Assembly: GCF_009914755.1 (NCBI RefSeq)
Contig: NC_060940.1
Strand: one strand, 5' to 3'
DNA from: the human T2T-CHM13v2.0 reference genome, Homo sapiens
DNA length: 64,000 nucleotides
Both the position numbers and the translations under genes were made by a program. A model generated the notes under the pieces. The model was not told the DNA's origin and made no database searches. It saw only the letters and a list, made by a program, of their open reading frames with translations. Positions 45,994-61,249 of this stretch are shown here, in pieces. The stretch's first letter is position 1. Every line of letters begins with the position of its first letter.

Positions 45994-46290
45994 GGCAGCT
46001 GCCATGGTTCACACCTGTCATCCCAGCACTCTGGGAGGCCAAGGCAGGAGAACTGCTTGAGCGCAGGAGTTTGAGACCAGCCTGGGCAACATAGTGAGAC
46101 TCTATCTCTACAAAAAAATTTTAAAAAACATTAGCTACACATGACGGCGCATACCTGTAGTCCCAGCTACTGGGGAGGGTGAGCAGAGAGGATCGCTTGA
46201 GCCCAGGAGTTTAAGGCTGCAGTGAGCCGTGTTCATGCCGCTGCATTCCAGACTGGGTGACAGAGTGAGACCTGGTCTCAAAAAAAAAGA
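45994..46290 (+). mobile_element. Alu (AluJ) in MMP2 intron 12
   Basis: Alu dimer; GGGGCCT on both flanks. Confidence 0.93.
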
Positions 46291-46561
46291 ATGGGGCCTG
46301 GTGTTGTTAGATATTCTATATTAGATATTCTAGTTTTTTTAAAGGAAGCCAGAAATCTGTACTTCTGTGTGACTTTTTGGATGTTTACATGTTGGCAAGT
46401 TATTCAGATTTAAAGACAAAACAAAACAAACTTGTGAGAGTCAAATAAAACCCATCTGTGGGCCTGACAGGACTGGATATATCCTGTTTTGCCACCTCTG
46501 GTACATGGAATGTGCTTAGTTTGATGCTTGTGTTAAGTGGAGTTATTGTTTTTAATAATAG

Positions 46562-47564
<1,003 letters not shown>

Positions 47565-48338
47565 GCTGGCCCTGGCTCCCACAGGCCCTTCCTCTCCACT
47601 GCCTTCGATACACCGGGCCTGGAGAACTAGAGAAGGACCCGGAGGGGCCTGGCAGCCGTGCCTTCAGCTCTACAGCTAATCAGCATTCTCACTCCTACCT
47701 GGTAATTTAAGATTCCAGAGAGTGGCTCCTCCCGGTGCCCAAGAATAGATGCTGACTGTACTCCTCCCAGGCGCCCCTTCCCCCTCCAATCCCACCAACC
47801 CTCAGAGCCACCCCTAAAGAGATCCTTTGATATTTTCAACGCAGCCCTGCTTTGGGCTGCCCTGGTGCTGCCACACTTCAGGCTCTTCTCCTTTCACAAC
47901 CTTCTGTGGCTCACAGAACCCTTGGAGCCAATGGAGACTGTCTCAAGAGGGCACTGGTGGCCCGACAGCCTGGCACAGGGCAGTGGGACAGGGCATGGCC
48001 AGGTGGCCACTCCAGACCCCTGGCTTTTCACTGCTGGCTGCCTTAGAACCTTTCTTACATTAGCAGTTTGCTTTGTATGCACTTTGTTTTTTTCTTTGGG
48101 TCTTGTTTTTTTTTTCCACTTAGAAATTGCATTTCCTGACAGAAGGACTCAGGTTGTCTGAAGTCACTGCACAGTGCATCTCAGCCCACATAGTGATGGT
48201 TCCCCTGTTCACTCTACTTAGCATGTCCCTACCGAGTCTCTTCTCCACTGGATGGAGGAAAACCAAGCCGTGGCTTCCCGCTCAGCCCTCCCTGCCCCTC
48301 CCTTCAACCATTCCCCATGGGAAATGTCAACAAGTATG

Positions 48339-48344
48339 AATAAA
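48339..48344 (+). terminator. MMP2: Proximal poly(A) signal AATAAA
   Basis: AATAAA followed about 20 nt later by GT-rich GTGTTTG...TGTTTT. Confidence 0.8.
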
Positions 48345-48770
48345 GACACCTACTGAGTGGCCGTGTTTGCCATCTGTTTTAGCAGAGCCTAGACAAGGGC
48401 CACAGACCCAGCCAGAAGCGGAAACTTAAAAAGTCCGAATCTCTGCTCCCTGCAGGGCACAGGTGATGGTGTCTGCTGGAAAGGTCAGAGCTTCCAAAGT
48501 AAACAGCAAGAGAACCTCAGGGAGAGTAAGCTCTAGTCCCTCTGTCCTGTAGAAAGAGCCCTGAAGAATCAGCAATTTTGTTGCTTTATTGTGGCATCTG
48601 TTCGAGGTTTGCTTCCTCTTTAAGTCTGTTTCTTCATTAGCAATCATATCAGTTTTAATGCTACTACTAACAATGAACAGTAACAATAATATCCCCCTCA
48701 ATTAATAGAGTGCTTTCTATGTGCAAGGCACTTTTCACGTGTCACCTATTTTAACCTTTCCAACCACATA

Positions 48771-48776
48771 AATAAA
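48771..48776 (+). terminator. MMP2: Distal poly(A) signal AATAAA
   Basis: cataAATAAAaaag inside a MIR-like segment. Confidence 0.7.
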
Positions 48777-49291
48777 AAAGGCCATTATTAGTTGAATCTT
48801 ATTGATGAAGAGACTGATGGCTCAAGAGAAGTGATTTTTCCAGGGTCCCATAGCTATTAGGGACCTACAAGGCCAAAGGATAGCCTAGCAGAGGAGCTTT
48901 AGCTCTCAAACCAGAATCTCACCACCCTCCGCCACCCTCAAAAACACCCCCACCACCTTCAAAACTGCTCCTGCTACCCTCCACCACCCCCAAAACCACG
49001 CTGGGTAAACACAGCTAAGGGAGAAATACTGTGCTTTCTTCTAAACACAGCTGGTATTAATGGATAAGCTCGTTACTCCTTCCTACCAGTCTACCCACTC
49101 CTAATCTCCTACATAGAAATTCTGGAGCTACTGCTGAACAGAAATTGAAGGCCTGGGGTTTTTCTGAGGCCCTTTCTGGCTCTGATAGTCTGATTGATAG
49201 TATATATATTGCTTCTGGCCTCTTATGATGGGGCTGGTGAGGAAGGTGCTTAAGGAGTGAACTCTACAGGTGACCTCCTCAGTGAGCCTGA

Positions 49292-49980
<689 letters not shown>

Positions 49981-51129
49981 CTTAGGTTGTTGACAGTTGG
50001 AAAGACATCTTTCTGTGCAGGTATCTGGCTAAAGAGTCTCAAGGGTCTGCCAGTCCCAACTTGAAGACCCCCTAGACTGGGGAATCTTCTATCATGGCTG
50101 TAATGCACTGTTATTAATGTTCCCTGTTACACTGAGAGAAAAGTCAGTGGCTCCACAACATAATAATGCTTAAAACATGCCATTTCTTCAGTGTTTCTCT
50201 ATGAACACTACACATGCATTATTTTATTTAATCCTTGCTACAATTCTATGGAGTTAGAATGAATCTCCCATTCCTAGACAAGGAAGCAAACTCAGGTTAA
50301 GTGACTGACTCAAGGCCACACATCTATGTGGTAGGGCTGGAAGATTCTGACATTCAGAGGGTAACTTTGGAGAACCCCAGGGCTCAGACTCAGATTTTCA
50401 TCCTGGCCTTCCTACCTGCTGTGAGAAGAGTTGATCAGTTGGGATGAGTTGATTATCATCTCCTTCCTTTAACTCTCAGCCACTCAGGGTTGATCAACTG
50501 TCCTCAGATAATGGGACAAACCCCTGCCCTCCCACCCCCACGAGCACCCACATAGGTCCAAACAGGCTTGAACTTCCTCAGTGTGAAAGGGAGCCACAGC
50601 CCAATACATTTCCCTTTTCTGGGTCAGGTTCCTCATCTAGCGTGGAGGGCAACTGTAATTTTTGCCTTTTCTGGTAATAGTAGCTCAGTTTTCCTCTGGA
50701 GAACCATCTCTCCCCTGTCAGTCCATTATGTTTTGAGTGAAACAAATTCCACTCCTAGTGCCATCATGGGTGTATTAATATTAGCTCACTTAATGGAACA
50801 GCCCAGGGGAAGTGGTTGCTCAATGGCATTACTGGATCCAGGTTAGGATTATCTGAGAATACATTTATCTGCATTTTACGGAAGGCAACTGAGGTTCATA
50901 GAGATAGTGATTTGGCCAGCGTCACAGGCCCAGTAAAAGGGATTGAAAATCCAGGTCCGTCCGACCCTAAAGCAGGGAACTCTGCCTAGTGTCTCGCTGT
51001 GGAATGTTAGGGATCCTGGGGTACCCTTCAGGGTCTTGGCTCGGAAGGAAAACATTCCCCTCCGAGGGGATGGACTATATTACCAAGGGGGTGGAGCCAG
51101 ATGCCTGAGGGGGTGTGGCCAGAGCCTGG

Positions 51130-51770
51130 GGCGTGTCACAGCCGAAGGGGCAGGGCGGCAGCAGCAGGCGTCTAAGTAACTTCAGCGCCTGCGCAGAGGC
51201 TCCCCAGCGTCGCCCTAGGCTGGGACTCTAGTAGGTCTTCGGCTCAGTTTTGGCTGCAGCGCCCGCGTAGATCGCTTCGGCCGCGTTCTACGCCCGGCTC
51301 AACTATGAGCCGGTGCGCCCAGGCGGCGGAAGTGGCGGCCACAGTGCCAGGTGCCGGCGTCGGGAACGTGGGGCTGCGGCCGCCCATGGTGCCCCGTCAG
51401 GCGTCCTTCTTCCCGCCGCCGGTGCCGAACCCCTTCGTGCAGCAGACGCAGATCGGCTCCGCGAGGCGGGTCCAGGTGAGGGGCGTGGGTCTGAGGGGAG
51501 AGGTGGTCTGAGGGGGGCCTAGGTCAGAGGGGGGTCCAGGTAAGGGGTGTGGGTCTGAGAGAGGAGGGCGGCCGAGGGGGGCGTGGGTCTGAGGGAGTGA
51601 GGTGGTCCGAGGCGGGCGAGAGTCTGAGGAGGGAGGTGGCCTGAAGGGGGCATGGGTCTGAGGAGGGAGGTGGCCCGAGGGGAGCCAGGGTCTGGGGCGG
51701 GTCCAGGTGACTGGTGTAGGTCTGACGGGGGAGGGCGGTCGAGGGGCGCGTGGGTCTGAGGGGCGTTGTG
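51130..51770. promoter_or_regulatory. LPCAT2: LPCAT2 CpG-island promoter / first exon region
   Basis: CpG-dense, GC-box-like GGGGCGTG and AGGGCGG upstream of the ATG. Confidence 0.85.
51305..51475 (+). CDS. LPCAT2: LPCAT2 (lysophosphatidylcholine acyltransferase 2) coding exon 1, aa 1-57; gene continues beyond the window
   Basis: MSRCAQAAEVAATVPGAGVGNVGLRPPMVPRQASFFPPPVPNPFVQQTQIGSARRVQ then CAG|gtgagg; recognised N-terminus including Ser34 in VPRQAS (TCC 51404-51406), the known MK2 phosphosite. Confidence 0.95.
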
Positions 51771-51960
51771 GGTCTGGGAAGCAAAGGCATCAGAGGAAGA
51801 AAGAGCAGTGGATCTGAGAGGAGAGGACTTCTGAGGGGCCGTGAGCCTGAAAGGGGCAGAGATGTGTGTCTGAGAATTGAGGACATTTAGAGGATGGTCT
51901 GAGCGGGCACGGGAGGAGAGAAGATGCTGGGAAGATGCGGGCCTGAGAGGAGAATCCAAA
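51476..51960 (+). repeat. G-rich degenerate minisatellite (core GGGTCTGAGG) at the start of LPCAT2 intron 1
   Basis: More than 12 copies of GTCTGAG-like cores at roughly 17-20 nt spacing. Confidence 0.85.
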
Positions 51961-54900
51961 ACAGGAAGAGACTGAGCTGGCTGGTGGCGCAGGCTACATT
52001 CCATGCCCCAGAAGGTTGAAGGAATCTGTGAATCTGTGACAGAAGCTTCAACTTGAGTTTATGAGAGTGTAGTGGGAGGCAGATCTACCACGGGAGAGTA
52101 GATTTGAAGAAGTCTTTTTTTTTTTTTTTTTTTTTTTTTGCCTTAGGAAGGAGAGGAGTCAGTATGGGATGGATAAGAGTGAGGCAGAAGGCAGAGAGCC
52201 TAGGTCTGTGGTTAGAACAACAGGTAAGGCTGGAAAGATTTAGCTGAGCAGGAGCATGATGGAGGGTGGGAAGTCAGAATCAAAGAAAAGGGACAACTGA
52301 GTCAGCTTAGGATGTTCAAGAAGTTTTGGTCCAGAATCAGTCTTCACCTAAAAACGTTTCCTAAGTTGAAGCATGAGAAGTAGTAGCCCAGGCTGTTTTC
52401 CATTGTTAAAAATGGCTATACTGTTATGCACAAAGGAAGTTTCCTTTCCTTTCCTTTTTCTTGTAAAGGGTTCCTTTTACCATTGGCAGTTGCACTCTTT
52501 GGACTTCCTCTTTGTTGAAGTTAGTGATCAGAGAACAAGATAGACCCTGCTAACCACATTTGTCCGTGTGTTCTGCGGGGGTTGGGGGGGTGGGGGAACA
52601 ATTTTGAAGTTTTCATGTCCATCTCACACATTACTTTGGATTTGAAGCAGTATAATATTTGCAATCAGCTTGTATGCACTAAGACCATTGTCCTCTACAG
52701 TGGGGGAAGGTTAAGTGCAGAGCTAAACAACACAGGTGGTGGCTTGAGTAATGGTAGATGGGTGTCTAGTTGAAGAGGGGTGTGAGAGAGGAAGAAGATA
52801 AAGAATGTAGTAATACTGCTTTGTGAGGAAATTAAACGTTTAAAAATGTGATCCTCATGTCTTTAAATTAATAGATATTCTTTTTGTGTCTTCACATTCT
52901 GAAACATTTGTAAATACATAGACCATTGTTCAAGATTAAATTTAGTCTGATTTAATTAAATCATACTTAAATGAAAATATGCCCATCTATTTGACTTCAT
53001 ATTTTGGAAAGAAACAGCATGGAATGTTGACAAATATTTATATTGCACCTATAATAAATTATTAAGTTTTTCCATCACCTGGTTTGTTACTGTTTAAAGA
53101 TCTCTTCCAAATAACTCTCTGAGAGTTATAGTATAATGGAATGATAGCTAGTCAGTTATAGGAACTGGTCATTTATTAGTTGTATGACTTTGGCCAAGTC
53201 ACTTAACCTCTCTGAACTATACTTTTCTCGTCTATTACATTGGAATATTAATAACTCAAAGGAGGGCTACAATTAAGTGAAATAATCTGTTATTGTTTGT
53301 TGATCTTAATATTGATAATATTGATAGTTATCCTATATATTTTCTACAAAGTATATACTGTACTTAAAATTTACTACTTGGATTAAATGGGATTTAACAA
53401 AGTCTGGATATTAAAAATACTTTTTAAATTTATATAGATCAGAGATACAAGAGGTTTCAGTGGCTTGAATCATCTGGGTAAAGGGAAGATTTGAATAGGC
53501 ATGGTAGAAAAACAATGTCCATATTATCCAGTTTAAAAGGTGGACACACTTTCATTTAAGTATGGCTTAGTATGATTAATTTAGACTAAGTTTAATCTTA
53601 AATGATGATCAATGTCTTGCTTAAGGACTGTTGTCCTCACATTTCACTAAGATAGTTAAACAAACAAGTACAAAAATATATAATCTCATGTTTTAGTAAG
53701 TGTAATGAAGGAAAACCAGAGAATAACACTGAGAGAAGGCCACCCAATGGAGATGACATATTACCAAATGGAAATATGATGAATTCTCTTAATTTGTCAA
53801 TGAGTTAACTCAAAATTGATTTACTATTAGGCACTATTATTTGTTGCAAACCTTGAAGATGGCACAGAAAAAAAAGTTGCCTAATATTTTGCAACTTGTT
53901 CAATTAAAATCCATATGGGTTGCTCAGTGTAGACATGAGTGACTCTTATGCTAATATACTTTAAACTCATTCCAACTCTTTCTTCAGGGTCTATGCTATA
54001 TGGTCCTTTCTTTCAGTCAAGATTATTGCTTGTTTTTTAATAATGATACCTCTTTGAAGAGAATCTCAGCCAGTGACCTACCAGAGTGACTTGGGAATTT
54101 GAGTCGTCTCATCTTCTCCACAGTACTCTTCCCCAGTATACCACCATACTTCATTGCACCACCATTCAAATAAATATAACATTAGCTAAAAATAGTGTGC
54201 TTACCATGTACACAGAGCTTCAAGAAAAATCTCCTGGATCCAAGATCCCTTCTATATTATAGTTCTGAAACTCCTACTCATCTTACCTAATACGTATTCT
54301 GTTTTATAGGAAATAAGACTGATAGCATAAGTTTCATTATATTTGTAAGTCAGTTTTCAAGTGAATAATAATAATTTAACAGGACTAGTTTTAGTCTCAG
54401 GAATGGTGGAGTAGCTCAATGTAGACAATGTAGACAAACAATTATAAACCCTAGTCAAAATATGAAAAACTACACGAAGGCACTATAGAGCAACACAAAT
54501 CAGACAGAAACTGGAGGGATTTGTTTCTTGAAATAATACTTCTATACTGTGTAACATTACCCCAGCCCCTTTTTTTTCCTGAAGGTTATCACTTGACACC
54601 ACATGAAGGGATTGCTAGAAAGCCTCAGCCTTATTGATTGACATGATATATCAGAGCACAAAGTTCAAGACTATCAAAGTGACTAAAAATCGAAGGTGGA
54701 AGTCCCAGAAAGGAGGAAACTAGAAATGAGGGAGCCCCTAAATTGGCATATAAATGATCTCAAAACCTTGGCCGATTCCTGAGCTGTGTATTTACAAAGG
54801 AGCCTTCAAGGACTCTGGAGGAAAGTAACAGCTGGAAGGAAGAAGAAACTGAGCAGACATTTCAACTGATAGACACCACAGGGAAGGCACAGTTAGAATC

Positions 54901-57018
54901 CCACCAATTAAGGGGGCCTTGGCAAACATCTCAGGCTTTACACTGAAACCTCACAAAGGTGATACCATAGGAGAAAAGCTAGTCCTATACCCTAGGACTA
55001 AGGCTTCAGTCTAAGACTAAGGGCTAGCTTCAAACAAATTTTCCCTAAAAAAGTATAAAACTAAGCCTTCACAAAGTGAATGCAATCAGCCAGAATTTTA
55101 CCTACCTGCCAGGACAGAAATCAACATTCTTTAGAAAAGGATAACAGAATCCAGAATATCTGTAATATATCACCCAAAATGGCCAAAATACTATAAAAAC
55201 TGTACTAGACATTCAAAGAAATAGGAAAATGTGACCTGTGATCAAAAGAAAAATCAGGCAATAAAAACAGACCCTAAGATGATCAAATGTAGGACTTCGC
55301 AGAAAAATACTTGAAAGGAGCTATTATAAAAATGCTCAAGGACTTAAAAGTAAAGAATGGCATAATGAATGAATAGTTGGAAGGAGCTTAGCAGAGAAAT
55401 AGAAAATGTAAAAGAGAACCAAATGGGCATTCAAAACTGAAAACTGTTATATCGGAAATGAAAAATTCACTGGATGGGCTCAACAACACATTGAAGATGG
55501 TAGAAGAAGGTGTTAGTGAACTTGAAGATAGGTCACTAGAAATTATTCAGTCTAAAAAGCAGAATGAAAAAAACTGAGATGAGACATCAGCAAAACTGAT
55601 GAAGTAAAGGCCTCTGAAAATTATCTTCTCTATAAAAGCAATGAAAACAAAAAAAAAAATCAGAATCAACTTTGTCTTAGCTCTGAAAATTAACCAAAGG
55701 CTTTCAACAATCCAAGGAGCATTTATTTAAGAGTGCTGACTCTTAGTTAGAATAGTAGGCTTCGTTACAGTTTAATTTTATTCTAATTCCTCATCCTCAG
55801 CTCTGTAGTAGCCTTAAAAACCAACGGCCTACAGTCATAATGAAAACCAGCAACCTGTCAGCCACTAGAGGGGGAAAAATAGTGTTGGAGCATTTTCAAA
55901 GCCCCATTCCCAAGGAATTGTCATTACTGGTCAGTCTGGTGGCTGCCTGGAATGCCTCATTGGGAAGACTGTCTTTATTTGATTTGTCTTGGTGCTTACA
56001 CAGTGCAAATAGCCTTCTCTCAAGGGCGTTTGTCAAAAACAATCAGAGGAAAGCGAGTGCAGTGGTGCACACCTATAGTCCCAGCTATTCAGGAGGCTCA
56101 TGTGAGAGGATTGCTTGAGACCAGAAGTTTAAGGCCAGCCCGGGCAACATAGGGAGACTGCTTCTTAAAAAATAAAAATAAAAAAATCAGAGGCAATTGC
56201 TTAACATCACAGCTGCCTGAGACAGGGAGTAACAGTTGGAGCAAACAGTAGGCTAGCCAAAAACCTTAAAAGAAAAGCTAAGGGATGAGATGATCATAGG
56301 GGACTTTAAAAGCTTTGACATATTCCTAGGAATCTAGAAGGCTGTCCACATGAGTAAGGCTTTGTTAATTCTCAAGGCTATGCACATGTCCTGAAAATAT
56401 CTAAAAATACCCTAAGCTGTCACCTCTGACTAACCTTGAGGGACTGTACAAGCAGAAAGTGAAGGCTAAGGCAGAGTTGTCATCTGTCACCTGACTGTTT
56501 ATGATGTACCCCAACATGTACACAGAGACCCTTTGCAAGCATCAGGAAACTTGCTGGTTTCAGGTGCTTAAGAAAATCTCTAATTATTAGCTGATTACTA
56601 AGCTAACTGGTCAGAGACTTTAACTTTAGTAGCCACAATGACAAAGAATAAAAGCTTTACAAATTAGTTTATAAAAGACACTAAACAAACAAATAACAAC
56701 AACAAACAGCAACCACAACAAACCCTGGAAGGGGATGAGAATAATTTCCAGAGTTGCTATATTATTTAAGATGTTTAGTTTTCATTTAAAAATTGCAAGG
56801 TGTGTAAAGAAAAACAAAGTATAGCTTATAAATAGTTTAAAAAGCAGTCAATACAAACTTTCCCTGAGAAAGCCCAGACTTTAGTCTTACTATACAAATA
56901 CTTTAAATCAGATATTTAAAATATGGTCCAATAACTAAAGGAAACCATGTTTAAAGAGCTAAAAGAAAGTATGGAGCAGGGTATCACCAAATGGAGAATA
57001 TCAATAAAGATGCAATGC

Positions 57019-57021
<3 letters not shown>

Positions 57022-57066
<45 letters not shown>
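57022..57066. repeat. (TG)n microsatellite
   Basis: Direct reading. Confidence 0.95.
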
Positions 57067-57067
<1 letters not shown>

Positions 57068-58234
57068 TCACTAGAGGGGCTCAACAGCAGACTATCAAAC
57101 AAAAAAAGAATCAGCAAACTTGAAAACAGGTCAACTGAGATTATCTAGTTTGAGGAACATAAAAAAAGATGAAGAAAAATGAACAGAACCTCAGAGACCT
57201 GTGGACGCTATCAGCTTTACCAACAGTTTCGTAATGGGAGTCCCAGGAAAGGAGAAAGATGCAGAAAGAATATTAGAAGAAATAATGCCCAAAAACTTGC
57301 TGATTTTGATTAAAAACACTAATCTGCCTTCCCAAGGAGCTCAAGGAACTCTTAAGAATAAACTCAAAGATACCTATATATACAGTTACATTATGTACAA
57401 AGAATCCTCAACAAGATTAATGACTGATTGCTCATCAAGAGCCACAGAGACCACAAGGGAGTAGCAGGATGACATATTCAAAGCGCTGAAAGAAGACTGT
57501 CAACAAAGAATTGTATAGCTAGAAAACTATCCTTAAAATGAAGTATAAATGAGCAAAAACTGAGAGAATTTGTCATTAGCACACATGCCCTAAGATAAAT
57601 AATAAAGGGAGTCTCTCAGGATGAAATGAAAGGATACTAGACAGTAACTCAAATTCACATGAAGAAATAATCAGCAGTGGTAAAGGTAACTACATGGGTA
57701 GACATAAAGGACAGTACAAATGTAATTTTTTTGTTTGTAAATCTTTTTTTCTCTTATCCAACTTTAAAAACATCTACATAAAGCAATAATTATAAATCTG
57801 TGTTGATGCACATACAATGTATAAAGACATAATTTGTATAACAATAATAGCAAATAGGAGAAAGGAGGGAATGGATCACAGTTTTTGTATACTATTGAAA
57901 TTAAGTTGGTTGATCCGAACCAGAAAATTATTATAAGTTAAGATGCCAACACTTAGGACAATCACAAAGCAAATACATTTTTAAATATAGCAAAAGAAAG
58001 AATGAGGGAATTAAAATGATACACTAGAAAATATTTAACACAGGAGAAGGCAACAATGTAGACATAGAGAAATTTAAAAAGACCTAAGACATACAGAAAA
58101 CAAATAGCAAAATGTCATATATAAATCCTACCTTATTATTAATTACATTAAATATAAACTGATAAAACAATTAAAATTAAGATTCACAGAATTGATAAAA
58201 ATACCTAACTCTGTGCTTCCTAAGAGAGACACAC

Positions 58235-58540
58235 TTTATTTATTCATTTATTTACTTAAAGGCAGGGTCTCACTCTGTCGCCCAGGCTGGAGTGCAGTGG
58301 TGTAATCACAGCTCACTCTAGCCTTGACCTCCTGGGCTCAAGTGTTCCTTCTATCTCAGCCTCCTGAGTGGCTGCAGCAATAGGCATGCACCACCACACC
58401 CAACAAATTTTTGTATTTTTTTATAGAGATGGGATCTCCCTATATTGCCCAGACTGGTCTCGAACTCCTGGGCTCAAGCAGTCTTTCCACCTTGGCTTCC
58501 CAAAGTGCTGGGATTATAGGTGTGAGCCACCATGCCTGGT
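58235..58540 (-). mobile_element. Alu (AluJ) inside L1
   Basis: Alu dimer; AAGAGA(GA)CA(C/T)ACTTT on both flanks. Confidence 0.92.
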
Positions 58541-61249
58541 CAAGAGACATACTTTTGATTCAAATACACAAATAGGTTGGAAGTAAAAAGATGGAAAATG
58601 ATATACCATGCAAACAGTAGCCAGGAGAGAGCTGGAATTGCTGTATTACTATCAGATAAAATAGACTTCAAGACAGAAATTGTTGCTAAAGAAAGACATT
58701 TATAATGATAAGAGAGTTGATTCATTAAGATGTAATAATTATAACCATATATGCATCTAGCAGCAGAGTCCAGAAATACACAAAGGAAAAAGTGACAGAA
58801 TCGAAGGGTGAAAGATTTTCAACAATGCTAGAGACTTCAATTACTCAATAATGATAGAAGGTAGAACAATGAGACAGTATCATAAGGAAATTGAAGACTT
58901 GAAGAACACTATAAACAGACTAGATCTAACAGATATGTATGTAGAACACTCAACAACAGCAGAAAACACATTATTCTAGTGCCCATGGAACATTTGCCAA
59001 GGTAGGTCTGTATGTTAGACAGTAAAACAATTCTCAATAAATATAAAGTGGTTAAAATAATACAAAGTATGTTCTCTGACCACAGTGGATTGAAAGTAGA
59101 AATCAATAACAGAAAAAATTTGAGAAATTCACAAATATGTCAAAATTAAATTACTTCTAAATAACCAGTGATTCCAAAGTAATAATAAAACAATAGAGAA
59201 AAATAACAACTCCAGAAGTTGGTACTCTGAAAAAAACTGACAAATATTTGTCTGCACTGACCAAGAAAAAAATGAAAGAAGACTCAAATTAAGAGAGGAC
59301 AATACTACTGACTTTTCCAAAATAAAAAGGATTATAAGGAATTATATGAACAAATGCATGCTAACAAATTAAATAACTTAGTTGAAGTGGACCAATTTCT
59401 AGAAAGACACAAAATACCAAAACTGATTCAAGAATAAATAAAAAATCAAATAGACCTATAATATATAAAAAGATTAACTAGTTATTAAAAACATCCCACA
59501 GAGAAAAGTTGAGGACCAGATGACTTCACTGGTGAACGCTACCAAAGGGTTAATGAAGAATTAATGCCAATCCTTCACAAGCTCTTCCAAAAAATAAAAG
59601 AAGATGGAGCACTCCCCAACTCATTCTGTGAGGCCAGGCCTACTCTGATACCAAAACCAAAAAAGGACATCACAATAAAAGAAAACTACAGACCAATATC
59701 CATTGTGAATATATATGCAAAAATCCTCAATAAAATGCTAGCAAACTGAATCCAGCAACTAATAAAAGGAATTATACCATGGCAAAGTCATATTTAGCCC
59801 AAAAATGTAATGTTGGTTCAACATAGAAAAATTAACATGAGCACCATATTTAATGAATAAAGGGCACAAGAAAATAGACACAGAAAAACGATTTGACTCA
59901 CTTTCATGATAAAAACCACTCAATAAACTAAGAATGGAAAGGAATTTCCTCAGCCTTATAAAGGGCATCTGTGAAAAATAGCTAACATACTTAATAGTGA
60001 AACACCAAAAAGTTTTCTTCTAAGATAAGGAATAAGACAAAGATATCTACTCTCATCACTTCTATTCAACATTGTACTGGAGGTTCTAGCAAGGGCGCTT
60101 AGGCCAGAAAAAGAAAAGACATCTATATTGGAAAGGAAGAAGTAAAACCATCAAGATGGCATGATTTTTTAAACATAGAAAATCCTGAGGAATGCACAAA
60201 AACACTTGGAGCTAATAAATCAGTTCAGCAAGGTGGCAGGATACAAGATCAATATACAAAAATCATGGCATATTTTTTCACAAGCAACAATCTAAAAATG
60301 AAATTTAAAAACAGTTCGATTTAATTTAGCATCAAAAAGAGTGAAATACTTTAGCAACAGAAGAATTCTACATTGAAAACTACAAAATATCATTGAAAGA
60401 AATTAGAGACGACTTAAATAAATGGGAAGACATCCTGTGTTCATAAATTTGGAAAACTTAAATAGTTAAGATAATGACACTTCCCAAACTGATCTACAGA
60501 TTAGTATAACCCTTATCAAAATATCAGCTGGCTTCTTTATTTTTTTGCAGAAATTGATGAGCTAATTTTAAAATTCATACAGAAATGCAAGGGACTACAA
60601 ACAACCAAAAGAATCTTGAAAAATAAAAACAAAATTGGAGAACTCACATTTCTCATTTTCAAAACGTACTGTGAAGCTACAGTAATCAAGACTGTGTTGT
60701 ACCAGTAACAAGACAGACATATAGATCAATGAAATAGAATTGACAATACAGAAGTAAATTCATACGTCTGTGGCCACTGATTTTCCACAGGATTGCCAAG
60801 ACAATAAAATGGGGAGAGAGTAGTTTTTGCAACAAATGGTCTGGGACAATTGGATTGACATGTGCAGGAGAAGGAAGTTAGGTCCTTACCTGACAGCATA
60901 TACAAAAATTAACTCAAAGCAGATCAAAATACTAAATGTAAGAGTTAAAATCATAAAATGCTTAGAAGAAAACATAAGTGTAGATCTTCATGACCTTGAA
61001 TTAGGCAGTGGTTTTCTAGACATACAACGAAAGTACTAGCCACCAAAGACAGAATGGGTAAAGAGGACTTCATCAAAATAAAACACTTTTTGATTCAAAG
61101 TACACTACCATGAAATTGAAAAGATAACTTACCAAATGGGAGAAAATATTTGCAAATTATACATTTGATAAGAGTAGAGTGTTCAAAACATATAAATAAC
61201 TCTTAGAACTCACCAATAAAAAGATAACCCAACCCAACTATCCACCCAT

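Larger units (their letters stand above)
47565..48800 (+). other. MMP2: MMP2 3' UTR (end approximate)
   Basis: Follows the stop codon; two AATAAA signals at 48339 and 48771. Confidence 0.85.
54390..61240 (+). mobile_element. Old degraded L1 (L1M type; 5'UTR/ORF1/ORF2 remnants, probably composite) in LPCAT2 intron 1
   Basis: A-rich sense strand; ORF2 remnants [45 protein letters not shown] and WDNWIDMCRRRKLGPYLTAYTKINSK. Confidence 0.85.

Noticed and set aside
59564-61039. Functional L1 ORF2
   Set aside because: Only short fragments with many stops and frameshifts
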